From the NCBI GenBank assembly GCA_963732385.1, contig CAVSZB010000007.1, positions 1,408,001 through 1,472,000 on the forward strand: DNA of 64,000 nucleotides. The letters run 5' to 3'. This DNA comes from an uncultured bacterium. Lineage in GTDB: Bacteria; Krumholzibacteriota; Krumholzibacteriia; LZORAL124-64-63. Position 1 is the first letter of the stretch. Each line of letters starts with the position of its first letter. A program made the translations under genes and the position numbers. The notes below the pieces were generated by a model. That model had not been told where the DNA came from, searched no databases, and was given only the letters and a program-made list of their open reading frames with translations. This document shows positions 19,405-27,753 of this stretch, piece after piece.

Positions 19405-20363
19405 GTAAGACTCCTCTGCAACAGCGATCCCGGCAGACCGAAGCGGTAGGCGTAGCCCATGATGTCGGGCACGTCGGCGAGGATCCGGTCGATTTCGGCA
19501 GGGTCCCTGCTGTCGATGATCGAGGCGATCGCGCTGATCAGCTTGGCCCCCTGGTCGACGACGTTGGGCGCCGGGCCGTAGCAGCCGCGGCACGGCATGT
19601 TGCTGTTCGGGCAGCGCACGCCGCAGCCGGAACGCGTGGCCGAGCCGGCGCAGACGATCCCCTGTTCGAGCAGGCAGCGCTCCGGATCCTGGATGATCTG
19701 CCACGGACGATGGAACTTCGCCACCTTCTTCTCTTCCTTCTTCCGCTGGCAGTCGTCGCAGACATTGCGCTCGGACGCGCCAACCACCGACCCCCGCGGC
19801 GGCAGCTGGCCGGTCACGACCGCGGTCAGCACCTCGCGCACGCGATCGGGGTGCGGCGGGCAGCCCGGCACGGTGTAATCGACCTCCACCACGTCGCCCA
19901 GCCGGTAGACGCGGCGGTACATGGTCGGGATCTCCAGCCCGCCGCATTCCACCCGGCTCTCCGGCAGCGGCACCGTGCGGTTGCCCGGCTCGATGGAGGG
20001 GTTGTTCAGGTAGGCGCGCTCGAAGATCTCCTCGCGCGTGAACTGGTTGGCCAGGCCCGGAATGCCGCCGAGGTGCGCGCACGAGCCGAACGCCACCAGC
20101 AGCTTCGCCTTGCGCCGCAGCAACTTCGCCACGTGCTCGTTCTCGCTGTTGCGCACGGCGCCGTTGAAGATCGCCAGATCGAGCTCGCCGTCGGCCATGG
20201 CCTCGAGATCGTGGTACTTGCCGTCGACGGCGATCGGCCAGAAGCGGATGTCGGCCGCCGCGGCCACGTCGAGGATGAACTCGTTGGTGTCGAGCACCGC
20301 GACGTCGCAACCGCCGCACGCGGCGCCCCAGTAGAGCGCGATCTGCAGCTTACGATCGGGCAT
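19401..20363 (-). CDS. mvhG: group 3c NiFe hydrogenase small subunit
   Basis: CGGC, FGSCAHLGGIPGLAN, PGCPP, VCDDC, CLLEQGIVCAG, CRGCYG. Confidence 0.92.
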   Translation of the reverse strand: MPDRKLQIALYWGAACGGCDVAVLDTNEFILDVAAAADIRFWPIAVDGKYHDLEAMADGELDLAIFNGAVRNSENEHVAKLLRRKAKLLVAFGSCAHLGGIPGLANQFTREEIFERAYLNNPSIEPGNRTVPLPESRVECGGLEIPTMYRRVYRLGDVVEVDYTVPGCPPHPDRVREVLTAVVTGQLPPRGSVVGASERNVCDDCQRKKEEKKVAKFHRPWQIIQDPERCLLEQGIVCAGSATRSGCGVRCPNSNMPCRGCYGPAPNVVDQGAKLISAIASIIDSRDPAEIDRILADVPDIMGYAYRFGLPGSLLQRSLT

Positions 20364-20366
20364 CTC

Positions 20367-20801
20367 TCACCTCGTGGCCTGGTCCTGGGTGAGGGCCGTC
20401 TTCACCATGCACGGCCCGAGCGCGCGGATCTTTTCGGTCATGTCGTTGACCAAGTCGGCGAACCGCTTCCCCTCGCTGGCGCTGACCCACTCGAGGCGGA
20501 CCCGTTCCGGCTCGATGCCGTAGTCGGCCAGCAGGCGCTTGAGCAGGGGATAGCGCCGCATCGTCTTGTAGTTGCCCTCGCTGTAGTGGCAGTCGCCGGG
20601 ATGGCAGCCGCAGATGAGCACCCCGTCGGCCCCCTGCTGCAGCGCCTTCAGCACGAAGGTGGGGTCGATGCGCGCGGAACACATCACGCGGATCACCCGC
20701 ACGTTGGCGGCGTACTTGATGCGACTGGTGCCGGCGAGATCGGCCCCCGTATAGGAGCACCAGTTGCAGAGCAACCCCACGATCTTGGGCTCGAAGGCCA
20801 T
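20367..20801 (-). CDS. mvhD: [2Fe-2S] hydrogenase delta subunit
   Basis: FEPKIVGLLCNWCSYTGADLAG, RVMCSARIDP, GCHPGDCHY, WVSASEG. Confidence 0.95.
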   Translation of the reverse strand: MAFEPKIVGLLCNWCSYTGADLAGTSRIKYAANVRVIRVMCSARIDPTFVLKALQQGADGVLICGCHPGDCHYSEGNYKTMRRYPLLKRLLADYGIEPERVRLEWVSASEGKRFADLVNDMTEKIRALGPCMVKTALTQDQATR

Positions 20802-22522
20802 CAGAGCACCCCCTCGATCTGGGCGAATATCTGCTCGTCGGTGAAATGTCGCGCCTTGATCGCGCCGGACGGACACGCCGCCACGCAGGTCCCGCACGCC
20901 TTGCAGAGCGCGCTGATGACGTGGCTCCGCTTCTTCCCTTCGTCGTATTCGATCGCCGCGTAGGGGCACAGCTCGTTGCACATCCGGCAGCCGGAGCAGT
21001 GCTCCTCGTCCACCTCGGCGTAGACGGCATCGACCTCGATCCGACCGATCGCGATCTTCTGCAGGATGCGCGCCGCCGCGGCGCGGGCCTGGGCCACGGA
21101 GTCGGTGATGTCCTTGGGCGCCTGGCAGGCGCCGGCGATGAACACCCCGTCGGTGGTGGTGGCGACCGGATCGAGCTTCGGATGGCTCTCGATGAACCAG
21201 CCGTCGCGGTCCTGGCTGATGTTCACCAGGCGGGCCACCCGGCCGGCGTCCGGACGCGCCTCCATGCCGACCATGAGCACGACCATGTCGGCCGGGATGT
21301 CCACCTCCTCACCGCTCAGTTCGTCGTTCACCCGGATCAGCATCCCGCAGTCGTACTTCGGACCGGCCTGCCGGATCTCCGGCGACGTGCCCTTGCGGTA
21401 CATCATGAAGATGGTCTTGATCTCCGCCGAGCGGCGATAGAAGTCCTCGCAACCCTTCCCGAAGGCGTGCATGTCGATGTAGAGGTCGTAGACGAACGCG
21501 TCGGGAATGGCCGACTTCACCTCGTGCGCGTACTTCAGCGCCGTCATGCAGCAGACGCGCGAGCAGTAGGGATGGAATTCCTCGCTCCGGCTGCCGATGC
21601 AGTGGATGATCGCCATGTACTGCGGCGGCTTGCCCTGGTCGGTGAGGATCCGTCCCTCGCGCAGCATGTGCTCGAACTCGAACGAGGTGATCACGTTCGG
21701 GAACCAGCCGTAGCCGTAGGCCTTCACGCGTGCGGCGTCGAACGGCTCGTAGCCGGTGCACACCACGACGCTGCCCACTTTCGCCTCGAGCGTTTCGGCG
21801 TCGTCGTCCGCGCCGGTCCGGATCCGCGCCGTGAAATTGCCGATGTACCCGGTGAGCTCCTCCACCTGCGCGTTCAGCAGCAGGCGTACGCGCGGGTCCT
21901 CCTTCACCCGGGTGATCCGCTCCAGCAGCATGTCACGCCCGGAATCGAGATAGGGCGCCGTCAGGTCCACGCGCGCCACGTTGCCGCCCAGATGGTCGCT
22001 CGCCTCCACGAGGAAGACAGGCTGTTCGGCGCCGGCCAGCTCGAGCGCCACCGTCATGCCGGCCATGCCGCCGCCGATCACGAGCGTGGCGGGATTCATG
22101 TCCACGTAGCGCTTCTCGAGCGGCTCGTGGAGCGCGACCCGGCGCACGGCCGCCCGGGTCAGCGCCGCGGCCTTGTCCGTGGCGGCGCGGTGATCCTCGT
22201 GCACCCACGAGCACTGCTCGCGGATGTTGGCCATCTCGAGGAAATACGGGTTGAGCCCCGCCCCGCCGAGGGCGGTGCGGAAAGTCGGCTCGTGCATGCG
22301 CGGGCTGCAGGCCGCCACCACCACCCGGTCGAGCCCGAGCTCGCGGATGTCCTGCTGGATCATCTCCTGGCCCGGATTGGAGCACATGTACTTGTAGGAG
22401 CGGGCCACCACCACGCCCGGCAGCGCTTCCGCGGACCGCGCGACTTCGTCGCACTCGACAACTTTCGCGATGTTCGTGCCGCAATTGCAGACATAGACGC
22501 CGATCCTGCGCTCGTCCGTCAT
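20801..22522 (-). CDS. hdrA: heterodisulfide reductase subunit A-like flavoprotein (copy with N-terminal Cys domain and C-terminal ferredoxin)
   Basis: IGVYVCNCGTNIA, YMCS, AACSP, NIREQCSWVH, GGGMAG, HCIGSR...YCSRVCC, AGACQAPKDI, C-terminal CSGCRMC and CKACGTC. Confidence 0.92.
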   Translation of the reverse strand: MTDERRIGVYVCNCGTNIAKVVECDEVARSAEALPGVVVARSYKYMCSNPGQEMIQQDIRELGLDRVVVAACSPRMHEPTFRTALGGAGLNPYFLEMANIREQCSWVHEDHRAATDKAAALTRAAVRRVALHEPLEKRYVDMNPATLVIGGGMAGMTVALELAGAEQPVFLVEASDHLGGNVARVDLTAPYLDSGRDMLLERITRVKEDPRVRLLLNAQVEELTGYIGNFTARIRTGADDDAETLEAKVGSVVVCTGYEPFDAARVKAYGYGWFPNVITSFEFEHMLREGRILTDQGKPPQYMAIIHCIGSRSEEFHPYCSRVCCMTALKYAHEVKSAIPDAFVYDLYIDMHAFGKGCEDFYRRSAEIKTIFMMYRKGTSPEIRQAGPKYDCGMLIRVNDELSGEEVDIPADMVVLMVGMEARPDAGRVARLVNISQDRDGWFIESHPKLDPVATTTDGVFIAGACQAPKDITDSVAQARAAAARILQKIAIGRIEVDAVYAEVDEEHCSGCRMCNELCPYAAIEYDEGKKRSHVISALCKACGTCVAACPSGAIKARHFTDEQIFAQIEGVL

Positions 22523-22535
22523 GCTTCGCCTCCCG

Positions 22536-23678
22536 TCAGGCGACCTGCGCCTGGGTCGCGGTCCGCGGCTCGCGGTCGCGGACCGTGAACGCCTCCGCCT
22601 GCAGCTCGGAGAAGTACATGGCCAGTGGCCGATAGGCCAGATGGGCCCACTTGCTGAACGGCACTTCGAGCACCAGCATCGGCACCACGCCCATCATGTG
22701 GGCGAGGTAGAGGATGTTGGCCGCGTGTCCCTGCCCCGTGCGGTGCAGGACGTGCTGCGCCACGCCGGTCGCCGCCACGTAAAGGAGCATCACCAGGAAG
22801 ATCCAGTCCGTCTCGTGCGAATGCCGGTAGTGCGTTTCGGTCTTGCGCAGCCGCCCGCGCAGCGCCCAGATCCCGGTGCCCAGCAGGCCGGCCGAGGCGA
22901 GGTAGCCGAAGACATGCACGCCCCAGTTGATCTCGGGGCCGTGCTGCATCTGGTGCAGGAACAGCATGATCAGCACGAGCATCGTCAGGTAGCTGAGCAT
23001 CAGCACCAGGTGGACGGCCCAGGGCCGCTTCCGGTCGCACTCGCGGTAGCGCTTCTGGGTGAGGAAGTGCAGCGGCAGCAGCCACGCCTTGCGCAGGTAG
23101 GCCGACAGCGGCACGCGCAGCGGCTGCCGTCCCATGGTGTACCACCACATGCGGGCGCAGTTGACGAGCAACAGAGTCCCCAGCACGCCGGCCATGATCC
23201 AGTCGAAGGTGTGCACGAACGAGCTGGCCAGGAACGCCCGCGGTCCGTCGTACTGCCGGATGTCCCCGTGCGCGGTGCCCCAGGCCCAGAAGCCGAGGCC
23301 GGTCAGCAGGGCCACCACCACGATCGCCGCGGCCTCGAGCCGCCACGAACGGTAGAACAGGCGCGAAAGGCCGGTGAAGTCGTACTGTGCGGTGAGCCAG
23401 CGGCGCATGCTCATCATCGTCTCGCCCGGCTCCGCATCGCGCGGGCACTCGTCCGAACACTCCCCGCAGTAGTAGCAGAGCCACGGCTCGAGATTGCCGC
23501 GCAACTTGTCCTCCAGCCCCATCTGGAGGAACCGCATCGATTTGCGGGGGAACAGGAACGGCTCCTTCGAGAAGGGACAGGTGGCGCTGCAGTTGCCGCA
23601 GTGGTAGCACTTCAGCACGTCCTGCGCGCCGTAGTGCTCCAGTTCTCCGACCAGCCTCGGATTCGCCATCACCACCAT
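22536..23678 (-). CDS. QmoC-like protein: HdrC-type 2x[4Fe-4S] domain fused to a His-bearing, cytochrome b-like membrane domain
   Basis: CYHCGNCSATCP and CYYCGECSDECP, followed by about 6 TM segments with WAVHLV, LAHMM and PFSKWAHLAYRP. Confidence 0.85.
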   Translation of the reverse strand: MVVMANPRLVGELEHYGAQDVLKCYHCGNCSATCPFSKEPFLFPRKSMRFLQMGLEDKLRGNLEPWLCYYCGECSDECPRDAEPGETMMSMRRWLTAQYDFTGLSRLFYRSWRLEAAAIVVVALLTGLGFWAWGTAHGDIRQYDGPRAFLASSFVHTFDWIMAGVLGTLLLVNCARMWWYTMGRQPLRVPLSAYLRKAWLLPLHFLTQKRYRECDRKRPWAVHLVLMLSYLTMLVLIMLFLHQMQHGPEINWGVHVFGYLASAGLLGTGIWALRGRLRKTETHYRHSHETDWIFLVMLLYVAATGVAQHVLHRTGQGHAANILYLAHMMGVVPMLVLEVPFSKWAHLAYRPLAMYFSELQAEAFTVRDREPRTATQAQVA

Positions 23679-23695
23679 GCCGCGTCTCCTTCGGT

Positions 23696-25522
23696 TCAGA
23701 CGGCCGCGCCGGCGCGCGCCCGGGCGCGCGCGACGATCTCATCGAGCGAGACATTGCCGCGACTGTCGCGCCCCTTCCCGCTGAGGATGCTGCGCAGGAC
23801 ACGAGCCGCCACGGCCGAGGCCTGCGCCACGGTGTCGGGAATGTCCTTCGGGCCCTGGCAGACGCCCGCCACATAGACGCCCCCGCGCTCCGTGCCCGTG
23901 GGATCGGTGTTGTAGTCCGCCTCGCTGAACCAGCCGTCCGGGTCGCGCGGGATGCCGAGGCGTGCCGCCAGCGCGTCCGTGCCGGGCGCCGGCTCGAGAC
24001 CCACGGCGAGGATGACCATGTCCACGGGGAATTCGAGCAGTTTCTCGCTGAGGATATCCTCCCCGCGCACGATCAGGCGCCCCTCCCGCGCGGAGACCTT
24101 GGCGCTGCGGCCGCGCACCACGAACACCCCCTCGTCTTTGATCCGCTCGAAGAACGCCTCGTAGCCCTTCCCATAGGCCCGCATGTCGATGTAGTACTCG
24201 TAGCAGGCCGCGTCGGGCAGTTTCTCCTTCACGAGATGGGCGAATTTCAGCGAGTACATGCAGCAGACGCGCGAGCAGTAGGCGTTGTAGTTCACGTCGC
24301 GCGAACCGACGCAGTGGATGATCGCGATGCTCTGCGGGCGCGGACCCTCCTGCTCGAACACCCATTCGTCCTGCTTCGTGCGCCGGTTGTGCCGCTGCGT
24401 CTTCATCACCACCGCCCCACCCGTGGGGCCGGAGGCGTTGGTGAGCCGCTCGAATTCGAGCGCCGTCAGCACGTTGGGGTGCACGCCGTAGCCGTAGCGC
24501 TCGATGCGCCCGGCATCGAAGGTCTCATAGCCGGTGGCCAGCACGATGTTGCCCACCTCGAGTTCCACCACCTGGTCCTGCTCGTCGAAGTGGATCGCCT
24601 CCTTGGCGCACTTCTTCAGGCAGGCGCCGCAGCGCTGGCCGCCACTCTGCACATAGAGACAGTTCGCGGCGTCGATGACGTAGGCGTTCGGCACCGCCTG
24701 CGGGAACGCCATGTAGATCGCCTTGCGCGTCGTGATGCCGTGGTCGAATTCGCTCGGCACCGAAACCGGGCAGACCTCCGCGCAGGCGTGACACGCCACG
24801 CAGGCGTCGGCGGCCACGCGCTTGGCGTGCTGCAGGACGCGGACGCGATAGTCGCCGGGCCGGCCCGTCACGTCCTGCACCTCGGCCATCATCAGCAGTT
24901 CGATCTGCGGATGCTGACCGACAGCCACCATTTTCGGCGTGAGAATGCAGGCGGCGCAGTCGAGCGTGGGGAAAGTCTTGTCGAACATCGCCATGTGGCC
25001 GCCGATGGTCGCCGAGCGCTCGATCAGGTACACCTTCTTGCCGGCGTTGGCGATCTCGAGCGCGGCCTGGATGCCGGCCACCCCGGCGCCGATCACGACC
25101 GTTTCCGAACGGACCGTGGTCACATCGGGCACCGCCGCCAGACCGTACGGGACGCCGAGCACCGCGCAGGTGAGGACCGCCTTCGCCCGCTCGGTGGCAT
25201 TGCGCAGCCCCGCGGCGTGTTCGCGGAAGGAGGCGAGTTTGACCTCCGCCGCATTCCCGCCGGCGTCGGCCATGGCGCGCGTGAAGGCCGGTTTGAAGAA
25301 GCCGGGCGAATCGCCGGCGATGACGAGCCTGGTCAGTCCGGCTTTGCGGATCCGCGCGGTGAGCGCCTCGGGAACGAGCGTCGGCATCTCGCCCAGGTCC
25401 TCGACCAGCGTGACTTCGGGGAGGTTCGCGGCATGGCCGGCGACCGCCTTGAAGTCCACCGCGTCGGCGATGCCGGTTCCCCGCCGGCAGAGGTAAACTC
25501 CAACCCTCGCCACGGCGTCCAT
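23696..25522 (-). CDS. hdrA: second HdrA-like flavoprotein (copy with DCxxC and inserted ferredoxin)
   Basis: GAGVAG, DKTFPTLDCAAC, CVACHACAEVCP, CGACLKKC, HCVGSR...YCSRVCC, AGVCQGPKDI. ATG at 25522 with GAGG RBS. Confidence 0.92.
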   Translation of the reverse strand: MDAVARVGVYLCRRGTGIADAVDFKAVAGHAANLPEVTLVEDLGEMPTLVPEALTARIRKAGLTRLVIAGDSPGFFKPAFTRAMADAGGNAAEVKLASFREHAAGLRNATERAKAVLTCAVLGVPYGLAAVPDVTTVRSETVVIGAGVAGIQAALEIANAGKKVYLIERSATIGGHMAMFDKTFPTLDCAACILTPKMVAVGQHPQIELLMMAEVQDVTGRPGDYRVRVLQHAKRVAADACVACHACAEVCPVSVPSEFDHGITTRKAIYMAFPQAVPNAYVIDAANCLYVQSGGQRCGACLKKCAKEAIHFDEQDQVVELEVGNIVLATGYETFDAGRIERYGYGVHPNVLTALEFERLTNASGPTGGAVVMKTQRHNRRTKQDEWVFEQEGPRPQSIAIIHCVGSRDVNYNAYCSRVCCMYSLKFAHLVKEKLPDAACYEYYIDMRAYGKGYEAFFERIKDEGVFVVRGRSAKVSAREGRLIVRGEDILSEKLLEFPVDMVILAVGLEPAPGTDALAARLGIPRDPDGWFSEADYNTDPTGTERGGVYVAGVCQGPKDIPDTVAQASAVAARVLRSILSGKGRDSRGNVSLDEIVARARARAGAAV

Positions 25523-25566
25523 AGGACCTCGCTTTCGCTGTCGAAGAGATTGTGAGCGTAAGCCAA

Positions 25567-25584
25567 CTGTGACGCGATTCACAA
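25567..25584. promoter_or_regulatory. Rex/CRP-type palindromic operator upstream of the hdr-mvh operon
   Basis: Minus strand reads TTGTGAATCGCGTCACAG: a perfect TGTGA-N6-TCACA core with 2 mismatches to the Rex consensus TTGTGAANNNNTTCACAA, about 45 nt upstream of the hdrA start. Confidence 0.65.
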
Positions 25585-25668
25585 GCCCAAATCGGCAGCC
25601 AAAGGCCGAAAAGACGGGGAATATTCCGGGCCGGGGCTTTGGCTATTATCGCGATTAAATATATCGAC

Positions 25669-27567
25669 TTAGTCCACTGCCGGCAGGACCAGCGTGAAGG
25701 TCGTGCCGCGCTGCTCGGCGCTCTCGAAGGAGATGGCGCCGCCATGCCGTTCGACAATGTCCTTCACGATGACCAGTCCGAGGCCGGTGCCGGAAATCTC
25801 CAGCCGCTTCGCGTTGTCGGCGCGGAAGAATTCGGTGAACAGACTGGCCCGGGCCGACGCGGGAATCCCGATGCCGGTGTCGCTCACGTCGATCCGCGCG
25901 CCGCCGGCGGTCGCGCGGGCGAGCGTCACGGTGACCCTGCCGCCGGACGGGGTGTACTTGATGGCGTTCGAAACGAGGTTCTCCAGCGCCTGCTCCAGCA
26001 ACTCGGCATCGCCCAGCGGCGAAGGGGCGTCGGGAGCCGACTGGATGACGAACTGCAAGCCGCGCTCGGCCGCCTTCTCCTGGAACGTGCGCCCCACTTT
26101 CGCGGCTAGCGCGGCCAGGTCCACCCGCTCGCGCACGAACTCACGCCGCTCCCCCTGGTTCGCGGCGAGCACCATCAGCTCGTTCACCATCTGCCCCAGC
26201 GACCCGGCGCGCCGCTCGACGCGTCGCAGGTACTCGCGCTGGTTTTCGCTGATTTCGCCGATGTAGCCGTCCCGCACCACGGTCAGCATGCTCGACATCG
26301 CCGCCAGCGGCGCGCGCAGATTGTGGGCGATGCGATACGTGAACCGCTCCCGCTCGCGCCCCGCCTCCTCCACGGCCTCGTAGGCGCGCGCGTTTTCGAG
26401 CGCGATCGCCACGAGCTCGGCCGCCAGTCCCATGAAATCCACGTCGTCGCGGCGGAAACGCTCCGGCTCGCGGCAGTAGGCGCCCAGGATACCGATCACC
26501 CGCTCGCCGGTCCTGAGCGGCACGAACAGCACGGACTGGAGGAGCGTCGCCGCGAATCCCTCGCCAAGTTGCGCCAGCTCCGCCTGCGTGACCTGGCCCG
26601 CCGCGAACGGCTCCCCGGCCAGGATGCGCTGGTTGAGCGGACTGAGCGCCGTCTCCACTGCGCCCGCCGCCTCCAGCCCGGGCGGCAGCCCATGCGAGGA
26701 GGCGAGACGCAGGGTCCGGCCGTCCTCCGCCAGCAGCTTCACGGAGCAGCCCTGCACGTCCATCACCTTCGCGAGCTCCGAACAGACCAGCGCCAGCACG
26801 GTTTCGAGCCGACGGCTCCGCACGATCGTCTGCATGATCGTCTGCAGGCTCTGCAGCTTGCGGTTGAGGCCGAGCACCGCTTCGGTCAGATCGGCCAGGT
26901 GCGCGATGCGCAGGCGGATCAGCTCCATGATGCTCGTCGTGGCGAACGAGGTGATCAGCACGGTGGCGGCGAAGAAGCCCCAGGTGAAGAGCGAAGGGAG
27001 CGTGCGCCCGGTCAGGCTCACCGGCTGGTCGCGGTACAGCAGGGGGTGGCCCGGCAGCCAGCCCTGGCTCTCGGCCAGCGTCAGCAGACCCATGCCCAGC
27101 GCCGCCGCGCAGGCGAACCAGTGCGCGGTGCCGTGGCGCAGGAGGATCGACGCGAAGATCACGTGGAAGATGAAGAAGAAAACGAAGGGACTGCCCCCGC
27201 CCCCCGTGAAATGGACGAGCAGGAACATCGCGCCGAAGTCGCAGACCACCTGCCACCGCGTGAACCGGCGCAGCGTCTCCTCGCTCTGCATTTCCGGCTC
27301 GTGGACGAACCGACGATGCCAGCGCAGAAAGAAGAAATTGTAGCCGAGCACCAGCAGCGCCGTGGCCAGCAGCGGCACCGCCGGCAGCCCGACGCCGAGC
27401 AGCCGGCCGAGCGCGAGCCCGGCGACCACGCCCGGCGGCACCCACCACCGCACCCGCACGAACCACAGCGAACGGTCCTTGAGCTCGTGCAGCAGCAGCC
27501 GACGACGCGCCCGCCGGTCCGAGGCGACCCCGTCCGTCTCCCGCTCCAGTGGGCCGTGCGTCGTCAT
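25669..27567 (-). CDS. membrane sensor histidine kinase with GAF domain
   Basis: About 6 TM segments, a GAF-like region (VLFVPLRTGERVIGIL), H-box IAHNLRAPL, ENLVSNAIKY, DTGIGI, GTGLGL. Confidence 0.9.
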   Translation of the reverse strand: MTTHGPLERETDGVASDRRARRRLLLHELKDRSLWFVRVRWWVPPGVVAGLALGRLLGVGLPAVPLLATALLVLGYNFFFLRWHRRFVHEPEMQSEETLRRFTRWQVVCDFGAMFLLVHFTGGGGSPFVFFFIFHVIFASILLRHGTAHWFACAAALGMGLLTLAESQGWLPGHPLLYRDQPVSLTGRTLPSLFTWGFFAATVLITSFATTSIMELIRLRIAHLADLTEAVLGLNRKLQSLQTIMQTIVRSRRLETVLALVCSELAKVMDVQGCSVKLLAEDGRTLRLASSHGLPPGLEAAGAVETALSPLNQRILAGEPFAAGQVTQAELAQLGEGFAATLLQSVLFVPLRTGERVIGILGAYCREPERFRRDDVDFMGLAAELVAIALENARAYEAVEEAGRERERFTYRIAHNLRAPLAAMSSMLTVVRDGYIGEISENQREYLRRVERRAGSLGQMVNELMVLAANQGERREFVRERVDLAALAAKVGRTFQEKAAERGLQFVIQSAPDAPSPLGDAELLEQALENLVSNAIKYTPSGGRVTVTLARATAGGARIDVSDTGIGIPASARASLFTEFFRADNAKRLEISGTGLGLVIVKDIVERHGGAISFESAEQRGTTFTLVLPAVD

Positions 27568-27694
27568 CTCATTCTCCGGCGCGAGGATAGGTTGGCGGAA
27601 TGCTAGCATCGCCCCCCGTCGATGACACGCGGAATTCGCGCGGCGGCCATGCGACCTGACCCGTCCGCCGTCTCCTGCCGCCAGGATCGGAACC

Positions 27695-27732
27695 AAAAAC
27701 AGAAGGGCCGCCTTCCCGAAGGAAGGCGGCCC
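27695..27732 (-). terminator. intrinsic terminator after 27754..28458
   Basis: 12-bp stem GGGCCGCCTTCC/GGAAGGCGGCCC with a 4-nt loop, followed on the minus strand by TTCTGTTTTT. Confidence 0.8.
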
Positions 27733-27753
27733 CAGACAAGGTCACCAAAAATA

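Noticed and set aside
17938..22522. Possible NiFeSe hydrogenase or Sec-containing MvhD/HdrA, given the selenoprotein nearby
   Set aside because: All relevant positions are Cys codons (DPCYSC, CNWC, CHPGDC, YMCS), and no in-frame UGA interrupts these genes.
20801..25522. Evidence for sulfate reduction (qmoABC) or methanogenesis
   Set aside because: No aprAB, sat, dsr, hdrB or mcr genes occur in the window. The linkage here is to an Mvh hydrogenase.
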